Origin: Pseudobdellovibrionaceae bacterium
Lineage (GTDB): Bacteria; Bdellovibrionota; Bdellovibrionia; Bdellovibrionales; Bdellovibrionaceae
Reading direction: 5' to 3'
NCBI GenBank assembly: GCA_043779385.1
Contig: JAYWEU010000297.1
Coordinates: 1-46,880, forward strand
Length of the DNA stretch: 46,880 nt
Shown: piece after piece, positions 16,532 to 24,415 of the stretch
How the letters are laid out: each line of letters begins with the position of its first letter
Numbering within the stretch: the stretch's first letter is position 1
Program-made: the position numbers and the translations under genes
Notes under the pieces: model-generated
What the model was told of the DNA's origin: nothing
What the model saw: the letters and a program-made list of their open reading frames with translations, nothing else
Databases searched by the model: none

Positions 16532-17569
16532 ATGTCCGTTTCAAAAAAACTGCAGCGCCAATTTAAAAAATCTTTTGGCAACGCAGACTTTGATCAAGAG
16601 CTTTTGGAAGCGATCACACATTTGCGATCGCTTCCTTCGTTAACGCCCGATCAAGAAAAAATGGTTCAATTTATCGAAGGCTTTCAAGCTTTCACTGAAA
16701 CGGTTCAAGCGGCTTATGATCAAGCGGATAAAATGCTGGCAATGGCCAACCGCAGTCTCTCCATTTCATCCGATGAGCTAAATAACACCAACGGCAAACT
16801 TAAAGATTTAAATCGAACCGTTCAAACAATGTTAAATAATTTAGGGGAAGGCATTAAAGCCGCCCGCGAGATTCAACAGTCTCTGATGCCTCCGCTGCAT
16901 CAAGAGTTTGAAAATGTTTTAATGGATGTCTTTTATCACCCCTCGGAAGATCTTTCCGGAGATTTCTTTGATGTCTACAGGCAAGGTCAATGGGTTTACT
17001 TTTATCTCGCGGATGTCACTAGTCATGGAACAGCTTCGGCGCAAGTGACCTATTTAATTAAGGGTATTTTTCAAGAGATCATGTCCAGCAGCCCAGTTCC
17101 CTTGGCCTTAGATTTTTTGATCAAAGATTTTTGTCGGCGATTTGTCGATTATAAATTAACCTACGCCGTTGGCCTGCAAACTTATCGACTTGATCTAAAC
17201 TCAAAGATATTAGAAGTTTGCGCAAGTAATGCTCCGGCACCTATTTTAACTCGAGCCGGTGTCAGCCAACCGATTTCAATCACCCCAGGGCCCTTAATTT
17301 TCGCAGAATCCTTTAATTTGGATTATGTATTTACGAGCCAATCAGTGCAGCTTCAACCAGAAGATTCAATTTATTGCTTCACTGACGGAGCCTTTGAATT
17401 AAACAATACAGGCCAGAGTGATGATTTTAACGAAAGAAAATTCGCCAAACTTTTAAACCAAGCGCCCCATCAGGGGTGGGAAGACAGCCTCTTGAAGGGC
17501 TTGCAAGCGGCCGCTGGCAAAAGCCACTTTGATGACGATATCACCATCTTAAGACTGCATCTGAAGTAA
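16532..17569 (+). CDS. PP2C-family (SpoIIE/RsbU-type) serine phosphatase
   Basis: 345-aa ORF whose ATG directly abuts the FIST stop. It has a coiled-coil N-terminus followed by PP2C metal motifs (SGDFFDV, LADVTSHGTASA, FTDGAFE, DDDITILRL). Confidence 0.8.
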   Translation: MSVSKKLQRQFKKSFGNADFDQELLEAITHLRSLPSLTPDQEKMVQFIEGFQAFTETVQAAYDQADKMLAMANRSLSISSDELNNTNGKLKDLNRTVQTMLNNLGEGIKAAREIQQSLMPPLHQEFENVLMDVFYHPSEDLSGDFFDVYRQGQWVYFYLADVTSHGTASAQVTYLIKGIFQEIMSSSPVPLALDFLIKDFCRRFVDYKLTYAVGLQTYRLDLNSKILEVCASNAPAPILTRAGVSQPISITPGPLIFAESFNLDYVFTSQSVQLQPEDSIYCFTDGAFELNNTGQSDDFNERKFAKLLNQAPHQGWEDSLLKGLQAAAGKSHFDDDITILRLHLK

Positions 17570-18364
17570 GACATCGTTAAAATATTCGGACTTCATTGCA
17601 AGCCTTTGAATATAAGGTTTAACGTCTTCTTGCTGAGCTTTCGGAAACCGATGAAGTTTTTGAATATGTTCGCGCGGAACATAACGAAAAGTAAAATTTA
17701 ATCTCCGAGTTTCAAATTCAGGCGTATTTAAATCAAAAATTTCTGTGCGTTTGCGATCGACCCGTTGAACCCGGTGAAAAAGTTGTTTTTTAAATTTATC
17801 CCCACCAAATATTTGCAATGAAGAGTCGTCCAACCACTGTTGAAGAACAACCTGGCTATTGGCCCCGCGATGGCCACTGCGCACAAATTGAAAAAGGGCG
17901 CGGTCGCCAAATGATACAGAGGCCACCGGGCCTGGTTCAAAATCTTTGTGTTCACCTACGCGGGCGACATCTTCGCGCTTTCCATTTTCATCAATGTGCG
18001 AGCCATAATAATTAATCAGACAGGTGTTGAGTTCCCAATTCCGTGGAACATCCCGTGGTTCAAAATGCTGACGAACAAAATTTTCAATCTCGTGAACCAT
18101 GTGTTGAATTTCATCAGGAAAAGTTTCTGCTTCAACACAACGAAACTCGATCCCCTTCGGTGGATGATAATAATTTAAACAGGCAAATTGCCAGTTCCCC
18201 AGCCAGTAAACCGGGCGCAACAGGCGTCGCTGAGTCTGTCCAGGGGGAGGAGAGTTGTTTGCGGAAAACCTCTCTTCCCAAATGGGATAAACAGACTTTA
18301 ATTCAGTAAGAATCCTTTGTTTCCGAAGTGGTGAAATAAATCCAGGTTGGTAATGCAGATTCAT
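17549..18364 (-). CDS. AlkB-like Fe(II)/2-oxoglutarate dioxygenase
   Basis: 271-aa ORF with HKD (HxD), a distal His (LFHRV) and RRLNFTFR (the RxNxTxR 2OG-binding motif). Confidence 0.7.
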   Translation of the reverse strand: MNLHYQPGFISPLRKQRILTELKSVYPIWEERFSANNSPPPGQTQRRLLRPVYWLGNWQFACLNYYHPPKGIEFRCVEAETFPDEIQHMVHEIENFVRQHFEPRDVPRNWELNTCLINYYGSHIDENGKREDVARVGEHKDFEPGPVASVSFGDRALFQFVRSGHRGANSQVVLQQWLDDSSLQIFGGDKFKKQLFHRVQRVDRKRTEIFDLNTPEFETRRLNFTFRYVPREHIQKLHRFPKAQQEDVKPYIQRLAMKSEYFNDVLLQMQS

Positions 18365-18483
18365 GGGCTTGGATTTACTGAGTTTTACAGCCTTCTGTCA
18401 AAGGGTTCTAGTCCTTCAGAGGGACTTTATGGATTGCCTGCAATATCCGACGCCAAAAAGCTTAAAATAAGGGATAATGAGAC

Positions 18484-19002
18484 ATGCCCAATGTAAAGGT
18501 TTCTATTTTCCTTTTTATTTTGCTGAGCCTTTTAAAGGCGCAGGCCGGTGGGCCATTGCAGACCTGTACTGAAATCAGTCAAATGAATGAGCAAAAAGAA
18601 AATTTTCCTAAATCTTTTTTAACGCTGCCTCTGTATTTAACCATCAAAGGTTTGTTCGGATATGGCGGAGCGATTGAGGTTTTAAAAGTCAAAGATCCTG
18701 CGAATGGAGAAGATCATATTAAAGCCATTTCCAATGTCAAAGCTCCGGGTTTAGATTACCAAACCGATTGCTACATTAAAAAAGTTTGTAAAATGGGGCA
18801 AAAATTTGAATTGGTTTTAGAAAATGGTCGCCGAATTAAGACCGAAGAAAATCAAGACCAAATCAAAGTCGAAGGACATCAATTTAAACGGGGAAGTCTC
18901 GACGACTTTATCAGAGTCTCGAATGCTATCGATGAAAAAAGAGGGTCCGCTTCAGTGCCTGCCGCAAGTTCATCAGGGCCCTCGGGGTTGGGAAGCAAAT
19001 GA
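18484..19002 (+). CDS. secreted protein, unknown function
   Basis: 172-aa ORF with signal peptide MPNVKVSIFLFILLSLLKAQA|GG. No family recognised. Confidence 0.6.
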   Translation: MPNVKVSIFLFILLSLLKAQAGGPLQTCTEISQMNEQKENFPKSFLTLPLYLTIKGLFGYGGAIEVLKVKDPANGEDHIKAISNVKAPGLDYQTDCYIKKVCKMGQKFELVLENGRRIKTEENQDQIKVEGHQFKRGSLDDFIRVSNAIDEKRGSASVPAASSSGPSGLGSK

Positions 19003-19520
19003 TGATTCCAATAAAGCTTCTTATCCTTGGATTTTTTTGGCTGGTGGGGGTCGCGCATGCAATTGAATCTCCCGTCACTGCAAAGGAAGAAATTAAATTT
19101 GTCAGTCGCGAAGAAAATAACCTATTAGCTTTGGATAAAGTCGATGAGTTTATCGGCGTCATCTGGCGCTTACAGTCAGCCGCCAGCCCCTCTAAACAAA
19201 TTGATTTGTATCAATTTAAAAATTTTGCAGCTTTAAGAAGTGACGGCCCACTTTGCTTGAAAGTGGCCACTCGCATTTTTGGACCTGAAAAAGAAATCAC
19301 TTTGAAAAAAACAAGATCAGAAATAATTCCATCAATATCAGCCGGGCATTTTTGTAGCCTAGTGATGACCGATCCTGACCCACAAGCTCTTATTAAAGAA
19401 CGCCACCTTTTTGTCAAAGTTCTGCATGCGAAAGTCTTTGGTTTTGTTTTCCGATTTGCAAAAGCACCGACGCCCAGTGAAATTAAGGACGCGCAAAATT
19501 TCATCGAGGGCCTTCGTTAG
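18999..19520 (+). CDS. secreted protein, unknown function
   Basis: 173-aa ORF whose ATG overlaps the upstream stop (ATGA 18999..19002). Signal peptide LILGFFWLVGVAHA|IE. Confidence 0.6.
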   Translation: MMIPIKLLILGFFWLVGVAHAIESPVTAKEEIKFVSREENNLLALDKVDEFIGVIWRLQSAASPSKQIDLYQFKNFAALRSDGPLCLKVATRIFGPEKEITLKKTRSEIIPSISAGHFCSLVMTDPDPQALIKERHLFVKVLHAKVFGFVFRFAKAPTPSEIKDAQNFIEGLR

Positions 19521-19550
19521 GAAATAGGCCCAGCGAATAAGCCCCGAGAA

Positions 19551-20645
19551 TCAGGGCTTCCCATAATTCAAAGGAAGAAACTGCAGACGATCCCATGGAA
19601 CCCCATTAAGTATTGCATAACTAAGAGTTCCATTAAACAGCGCCGGATACGGATTTATTTCTCCCAATGATGTGTAGGAAATCGCATTTTGCATTCTGAT
19701 AGAAACTGCACCAGCCCGGTCCCAAACAACAAATCCGTATTTTTGCCCAGCTTTTGCGATAATTTTAGCGATGGGATGAATATTCAAAGAATCAATATCC
19801 AAACTTGGATCTAGACGAAATCTGAGTCCCTCAGGGATGGTTCCGGCTCCGTTTCCATCAGAGCGATGCGCGGGCCATGAGTACAGACTTGCGGACGTTG
19901 TGTTCACCATGGCGACGCCGATGGCATGCCGAATTTCTCCGCGTCGTAATTCTTCTGCGGTGATTTGCCCGCCAATAAATGAAAGGCTTGTTGCTGTTGT
20001 GCCATAAGATCCTGTAAATTGTCCTTGGGCTTTAGAAACATTTTGCAACCGTCCACCCCAGCAGCCCTCCCAATCACCAGAAGTATTTTTTCGCATCTTC
20101 CAGAATTCCCATAAAGTATCGGTCGAGGGTTGGTACACGCTCATTTCCATATCGGACCCAGCAGAGGCTTGCGCATTTGCAGGGATCGGGACCTGAGCCC
20201 ACATCGTTGATAAAGTCGCATCCAGATAACCCTTATTTTGGCAATCCCACGGAGTGACCTTCACGGTCGGAGCATTGGCGTCCACATAAAATATGGGGCT
20301 CGAATAAGAGGTCGTGTTAATTCCCACTGAATTATAGTAGGTGTTCCTTTGTTGAATAAAATCTTGAACCATATTTGCAGAATTCGCATGAACAGGAGCA
20401 TCGATGGGAATCGGCGTGTACCAAAAACTTGTCGGAGCAAAAACACTGTCTGTGATCAGTTTTCCAAGATCGACCGGTAGAGCTGGAACGCCCGAACTGG
20501 GCAGCACAGTCGAGGAGAGGGAAACACTATTAAGTGCTAAATTGGAGTTCACCTCAAAAGAGTTTTTCCCACAGTTTTGAAAAAAAAGGATCAGGGTCAG
20601 CATAGCTATTAAAATATATCCTGACCTTGCGGCCTTGGTTTTCAC
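19551..20645 (-). CDS. secreted protein / possible lipoprotein, unknown function
   Basis: 364-aa ORF. The N-terminal hydrophobic segment ends in FFQNCG. It has conserved-looking blocks (GEIRHAIGVAM, WPAHRSDGNG, EGLRFRLDP). I recall similar uncharacterised proteins but cannot name a family. Confidence 0.6.
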   Translation of the reverse strand: MKTKAARSGYILIAMLTLILFFQNCGKNSFEVNSNLALNSVSLSSTVLPSSGVPALPVDLGKLITDSVFAPTSFWYTPIPIDAPVHANSANMVQDFIQQRNTYYNSVGINTTSYSSPIFYVDANAPTVKVTPWDCQNKGYLDATLSTMWAQVPIPANAQASAGSDMEMSVYQPSTDTLWEFWKMRKNTSGDWEGCWGGRLQNVSKAQGQFTGSYGTTATSLSFIGGQITAEELRRGEIRHAIGVAMVNTTSASLYSWPAHRSDGNGAGTIPEGLRFRLDPSLDIDSLNIHPIAKIIAKAGQKYGFVVWDRAGAVSIRMQNAISYTSLGEINPYPALFNGTLSYAILNGVPWDRLQFLPLNYGKP

Positions 20646-20766
20646 TAATTCCCCCGATACACTCCAGGCTATCGTATATTTTAATCAATGCAGTAAAAAC
20701 CCCTGACGGGACCTCTTAAATTCTTAATTTGAGACAAGAAGTGATAAAGAAGAATATTTGTTAGGT

Positions 20767-21177
20767 TTAAAGACAGTAAATAAACGTCATCTCGATTTTG
20801 ACATCAGGGTGAAGGCTACGATGGACAGGGCAGGTGTGGGCAATATGTTCAAATTTATGCCGGTGAGTTTCGTCTAAATTTTTTGGTAATTTTAATTCCA
20901 AAATAAAGCGACCAATTTTTCGAACCGGTGTTGTGATCATTTCTTTTAAAACTTTGGCTTCACTGCCGCTCAATACAATTCCTTCACGCTCAGCAGATAT
21001 GGCGATGGTCGTAAGAACACAAGAAGCAAGGGCCGCGCCCACAAGGTCCGTGGGTGAAAAAGCTTCCCCGCGACCCATATTATCTTTCGGCGCGTCCGTC
21101 TGGATTCGATTTTTCGAAGGACCATGTTCCAAATCACAATGAAGTCCGCCGCTATAAATCACTTTCATTTCAACCAT
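20767..21177 (-). CDS. OsmC/Ohr-family peroxiredoxin-like protein
   Basis: 136-aa ORF carrying the two family Cys contexts (ALASCVLTT and HTCPVHRS). It starts 5 nt after the S1-domain gene. Confidence 0.8.
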   Translation of the reverse strand: MVEMKVIYSGGLHCDLEHGPSKNRIQTDAPKDNMGRGEAFSPTDLVGAALASCVLTTIAISAEREGIVLSGSEAKVLKEMITTPVRKIGRFILELKLPKNLDETHRHKFEHIAHTCPVHRSLHPDVKIEMTFIYCL

Positions 21178-21182
21178 AAGAC

Positions 21183-22364
21183 CTACTTCTTTTTAAAATC
21201 TTTTAACAAATCACCCAACGTGCCAAACTTTGATTCACTGGAATGGGATTTCCACGAGTCATCATGCAATTCGCCGGGGAGCCCTAAAGAAATTTTTCTC
21301 TCATCGGCCCGCAGTTCATCAATTTGCACAAATATCTTGTCGCCCTTTTTCTTATTCTCATATTGCGCGACATCAGTGGAATCACGCCATTTTAATTTTG
21401 GTAAAAGTCCTGTCACGCCAGGCCCAAGATTGACGAATAAACCGTAAACTTCCTTCTTCTCGACAACACCTTCAAAAACTTTTCCCAATGGATAATTTTG
21501 TAAAACACTTAGCCAAGGGTCGCTTTCTCCACCGCCTTGTTTGAGCGAAAAAGACATTCGTAAGCGACCGTCCAGCTCTTCAATTTTTAAAAGTTTCACA
21601 CTGACTTTCATTCCGGTATGAACCGAGTCCTCTGTTTTAATTCCACGGGACCAGGAAAGTTCAGATACAGGAATAAGTCCTTCAAGCTCATTTTCTAGTT
21701 TGACGAAAGCGCCAAATTTTTCCATACGAGTGACGGTTCCTTCGAACAGATCTCCCACCCGAGCTTTTTCAAGCATCTGACCTTCAATTTCTGCCATTCC
21801 TTGTTCCAGAAGTCGCCTTCTTGAGACAACAATATTTCGACCGTTATTTTCGTAGGCAGTAACAATAAATTCTAGTTTACGGCCGACATAAGCAGCCGGT
21901 TCGGTGGGGGAGCGAAGTTCAATTTGGCTTAGAGGGCAAAAAGCTTTCTCAACGCCAATCCCAATTCGGAAGCCGCCTTTAACAAGCTCCAAAACTTTTC
22001 CTTCAACCGGAATCTCCATATCAAAAGCATCTTCTAGGTTTTCAACATCCTGAGCCCCTGATCTGGCTAATTTATAACGCAGTAAAACCTCGCCCTCGCG
22101 AACTTTCAAGACAACAACTTCAAGTGCGTCGCCGACTTTAAATTTCGGATTTTTATTCTCGTCCCAAATTTCGCGAATCGGCAGGTGCCCATCCACCGCC
22201 GAGCCCGTCGACACATAAACAAATTCTTTATTGATCGTCAGGATTTCACCCTTAAATGAGTCCCCTTGTTTTAATTTTGTACCGCGCTGGCTTTGTTCAA
22301 ATAAAGAGCCAAAGTCATTTTCTGGGGTGCTGACTTCATCGCCAAATAAATCTTTTTTTGCCAT
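21183..22364 (-). CDS. S1 RNA-binding-domain protein (four S1 repeats, shorter than canonical RpsA)
   Basis: 393-aa ORF with a repeated G-x-V-x-x-V-x-x-F/G-x-F-V pattern (e.g. FEGTVTRMEKFGAFVKL and FEGVVEKKEVYGLFVNL). Confidence 0.8.
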   Translation of the reverse strand: MAKKDLFGDEVSTPENDFGSLFEQSQRGTKLKQGDSFKGEILTINKEFVYVSTGSAVDGHLPIREIWDENKNPKFKVGDALEVVVLKVREGEVLLRYKLARSGAQDVENLEDAFDMEIPVEGKVLELVKGGFRIGIGVEKAFCPLSQIELRSPTEPAAYVGRKLEFIVTAYENNGRNIVVSRRRLLEQGMAEIEGQMLEKARVGDLFEGTVTRMEKFGAFVKLENELEGLIPVSELSWSRGIKTEDSVHTGMKVSVKLLKIEELDGRLRMSFSLKQGGGESDPWLSVLQNYPLGKVFEGVVEKKEVYGLFVNLGPGVTGLLPKLKWRDSTDVAQYENKKKGDKIFVQIDELRADERKISLGLPGELHDDSWKSHSSESKFGTLGDLLKDFKKK

Positions 22365-22398
22365 TTAAAAAATCCTCAAAAGAAGGTGGTGGAAAAGA

Positions 22399-22428
22399 AT
22401 AATAGGACACTTGGGCCCAAGGGGTCAA
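22399..22428 (-). promoter_or_regulatory. sigma-70-type promoter candidate for the S1-domain gene, with a palindromic spacer
   Basis: Reverse strand reads TTGACC (22428..22423) - 18 nt - TATTAT (22404..22399). The spacer contains the 12-bp palindrome CTTGGGCCCAAG (22410..22421). Confidence 0.35.
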
Positions 22429-22518
22429 AATCTAATATTGAGACATTTTATTTTGAGCCTAGGGGTCTTAGCCCCAAAACCTCAAGTTTTAGGTTTAAAA
22501 GCCGATGAATTAGACACT

Positions 22519-22803
22519 ATGAAATACCTACTTCTTGCCATTTCATTAGCTTTTTTGTCTGGCTGTAACATCACAGCCGCCATCGATGAAATCAATCCGG
22601 CTTCCTTGATAGCCAAAGTCACTTCAGAAAAATTAACAGGGGCCGAGTTCAATTCAGGAGCCCGAAATAACTTAGTCACAGGCGGCGCCTACAAGGTGAA
22701 CTACTCCTTGGGAACAATGGGTCAGCAACTGAAGACCACAACGGCCGGCGGCTACCAAGTCTATATGACGGTCCAAGGAAAAGTTCTTTCCGAAGGACCT
22801 TGA
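22519..22803 (+). CDS. small lipoprotein, unknown function
   Basis: Internal ATG 22519 gives MKYLLLAISLAFLSGC with a canonical lipobox. The track start 22411 is an extension. Confidence 0.65.
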   Translation: MKYLLLAISLAFLSGCNITAAIDEINPASLIAKVTSEKLTGAEFNSGARNNLVTGGAYKVNYSLGTMGQQLKTTTAGGYQVYMTVQGKVLSEGP

Positions 22804-22838
22804 TCCTGTTCTGCGTAACCAATTTATGTCCAATCCCC

Positions 22839-23404
22839 TTAATTCAACGCCAACTCCCGTGCGGCTAATAAATTATGCGTGCGACAAAGTAAACGTAAGT
22901 TATCAGGCAAACTCGACCCTCCCCAAGCCACAGGTGTCACGTGATCAATCTGAACTTGAAACTGAGATCTGCATCTGCTTCCATCAGGGCTTTGATATTG
23001 GCAGCAACCTTGCGCTTCGGCGTAGAGTTGTCTTTTCAGGTGAACCGAGATTGGCGCACGCTTTCCTTTGGGTGCTGCTAGGGGTGTCTTCTGCGCTTTT
23101 GGAGTTTCAAACTCCGTAGCGGAGCCCGCTTAGCGGCATCAATTCTTCGAATAGCAGAAGCTTCTGAATAGCCATATTTTTTAATCATCATGGTATACAT
23201 ACTATCAAAGCCAAGCTCGGCATAAAGCTTACGACTCATAATTTCTAGAATGTGGGATAACACGAGGTGCATAATCTTACGTTCAGTCTGAACAAGATTT
23301 TCGGTTCTGAACAGAAGGTCATCGTTAGAAATATATTTCAGATTACAGGTATCATCTTGAGATAGAACTGAATTCGAATTCAGAGCAGTAAAAGTTAATT
23401 CCAT
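22839..23404 (-). pseudogene. HNH endonuclease split by a frameshift
   Basis: The 108-aa N-terminal ORF (23404..23078) ends at TAG. A different reverse frame is open from 23129 to TAA at 22841..22839. It encodes ...KRAPISVHLKRQLYAEAQGCCQYQSPDGSRCRSQFQVQIDHVTPVAWGGSSLPDNLRLLCRTHNLLAARELALN, a clear HNH motif (DH...N...H-N). One indel between about 23081 and 23130 would fuse the two halves. Confidence 0.75.
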
Positions 23405-23786
23405 TTTGTCTCCTTTTAAAAAACTGAAAGGACCATATCATGGAATTTTTAAATGCAATTTTAGATTTTCTTGGAGTCAATTTGCTTTCATAGATGTCTG
23501 GAATTTGCCACTTATGAGGCCCATGATTGGCTTGCCTCAAGATTATTTTTTACGAATGTCGCAGGGATCGGAAAGTTTATTATCTCTGAATATAATTTGA
23601 TTGTGCGACTCGAAAATCACCTGCAAGAAGTATTTTAAAAAAAATTAAGAATAAATAAAATAACGCAAGGAATAACCGCAAGGGAGCCTCATTTACCCGA
23701 TTTCGAAAAGCATAAAGTTGAGTCATAAAAATTCCAGAAACTTCCTAGGCTTGTTTGTTAACGTTTCGTTTGATAAATGTTTAGCA

Positions 23787-24380
23787 ATGTCTTGGGAACA
23801 ATACTTTGAAAAAAATAAAGGCCGGGCTGTTAGGCCTCTTTATGCTAAGGCGATTGAGCTTATCTCGATGGCTCAATCAGGTGAGTTTACGGCCATAGAT
23901 CTTGGATGTGGGGCTGGTATAGAGTCAGTTGATCTGTTGTCGCGTGGTTGGAATGTCATTGCGATGGATCGGGAGCCAACTTCAATATCTGCTACCCTTG
24001 AACTAGCTGGCCCCCAGTTAGCTCAGAAATTAAAAACTGTTTGCAGTAGTTTCGAAGATTTATCTGATGTTCCTGCTGCCGAATTCATTTACTCGTACCA
24101 CTCGTTACCCTTCTGCCATGTTGATCATTTTGATCGATTGTGGACCTTAATTCAAAGTGCCGTGAAACCACATGGTATTTTTGCGGGAAGTTTTTTTGGT
24201 TTGAACGATGAGTGGGTCCAATCAGGCCATTCAACTGGCGTCAGCACAGAAACGCTCAAGCGATATCTTTTGAATTTCGATATTCTCCACTACGACGAAG
24301 TCCAAAAGGTAGGTCCTACAGCTTTGAGTGGACCTAAAAATTGGCACTTCATCGATGTCATTGGTAGAAAAAAGATCTGA
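23787..24380 (+). CDS. class I SAM-dependent methyltransferase (small-molecule type, TehB-like)
   Basis: SAM motif I is AIDLGCGAGIESVDLL, followed by the acidic loop VIAMDRE. Start ATG 23787 (MSWEQYFEKN) is preferred over the track TTG 23718. Confidence 0.75.
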   Translation: MSWEQYFEKNKGRAVRPLYAKAIELISMAQSGEFTAIDLGCGAGIESVDLLSRGWNVIAMDREPTSISATLELAGPQLAQKLKTVCSSFEDLSDVPAAEFIYSYHSLPFCHVDHFDRLWTLIQSAVKPHGIFAGSFFGLNDEWVQSGHSTGVSTETLKRYLLNFDILHYDEVQKVGPTALSGPKNWHFIDVIGRKKI

Positions 24381-24415
24381 GTAAAATCCACAGACCCTTT
24401 CAAGTCGTGCAGTTT

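Noticed and set aside
22815-22842. Another GTAACC hexamer as a third ECF promoter
   Set aside because: No CGAA lies 15-17 nt downstream (the sequence there is CCTT). It also lies at the 3' end of the HNH pseudogene, with no downstream gene.
22826-23119. 97-aa forward ORF between the lipoprotein gene and the HNH fragment
   Set aside because: The opposite strand encodes a clear HNH nuclease motif (DHVTPVAWGG...NLRLLCRTHN). The forward ORF is therefore its antisense shadow.
23352-23600. 62-aa (-) and 64-aa (+) ORFs in the A/T-rich spacer
   Set aside because: No RBS, no domain signal, and mutually overlapping. They are best treated as non-coding.
22839-24380. HNH endonuclease + methyltransferase as a restriction-modification pair
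   Set aside because: The methyltransferase shows only the generic class I SAM motif (DLGCGAG) and a TehB-like size. It has no DPPY/NPPY or PCQ DNA-methyltransferase motifs. The genes are divergent and 380 nt apart, and the HNH gene is broken.
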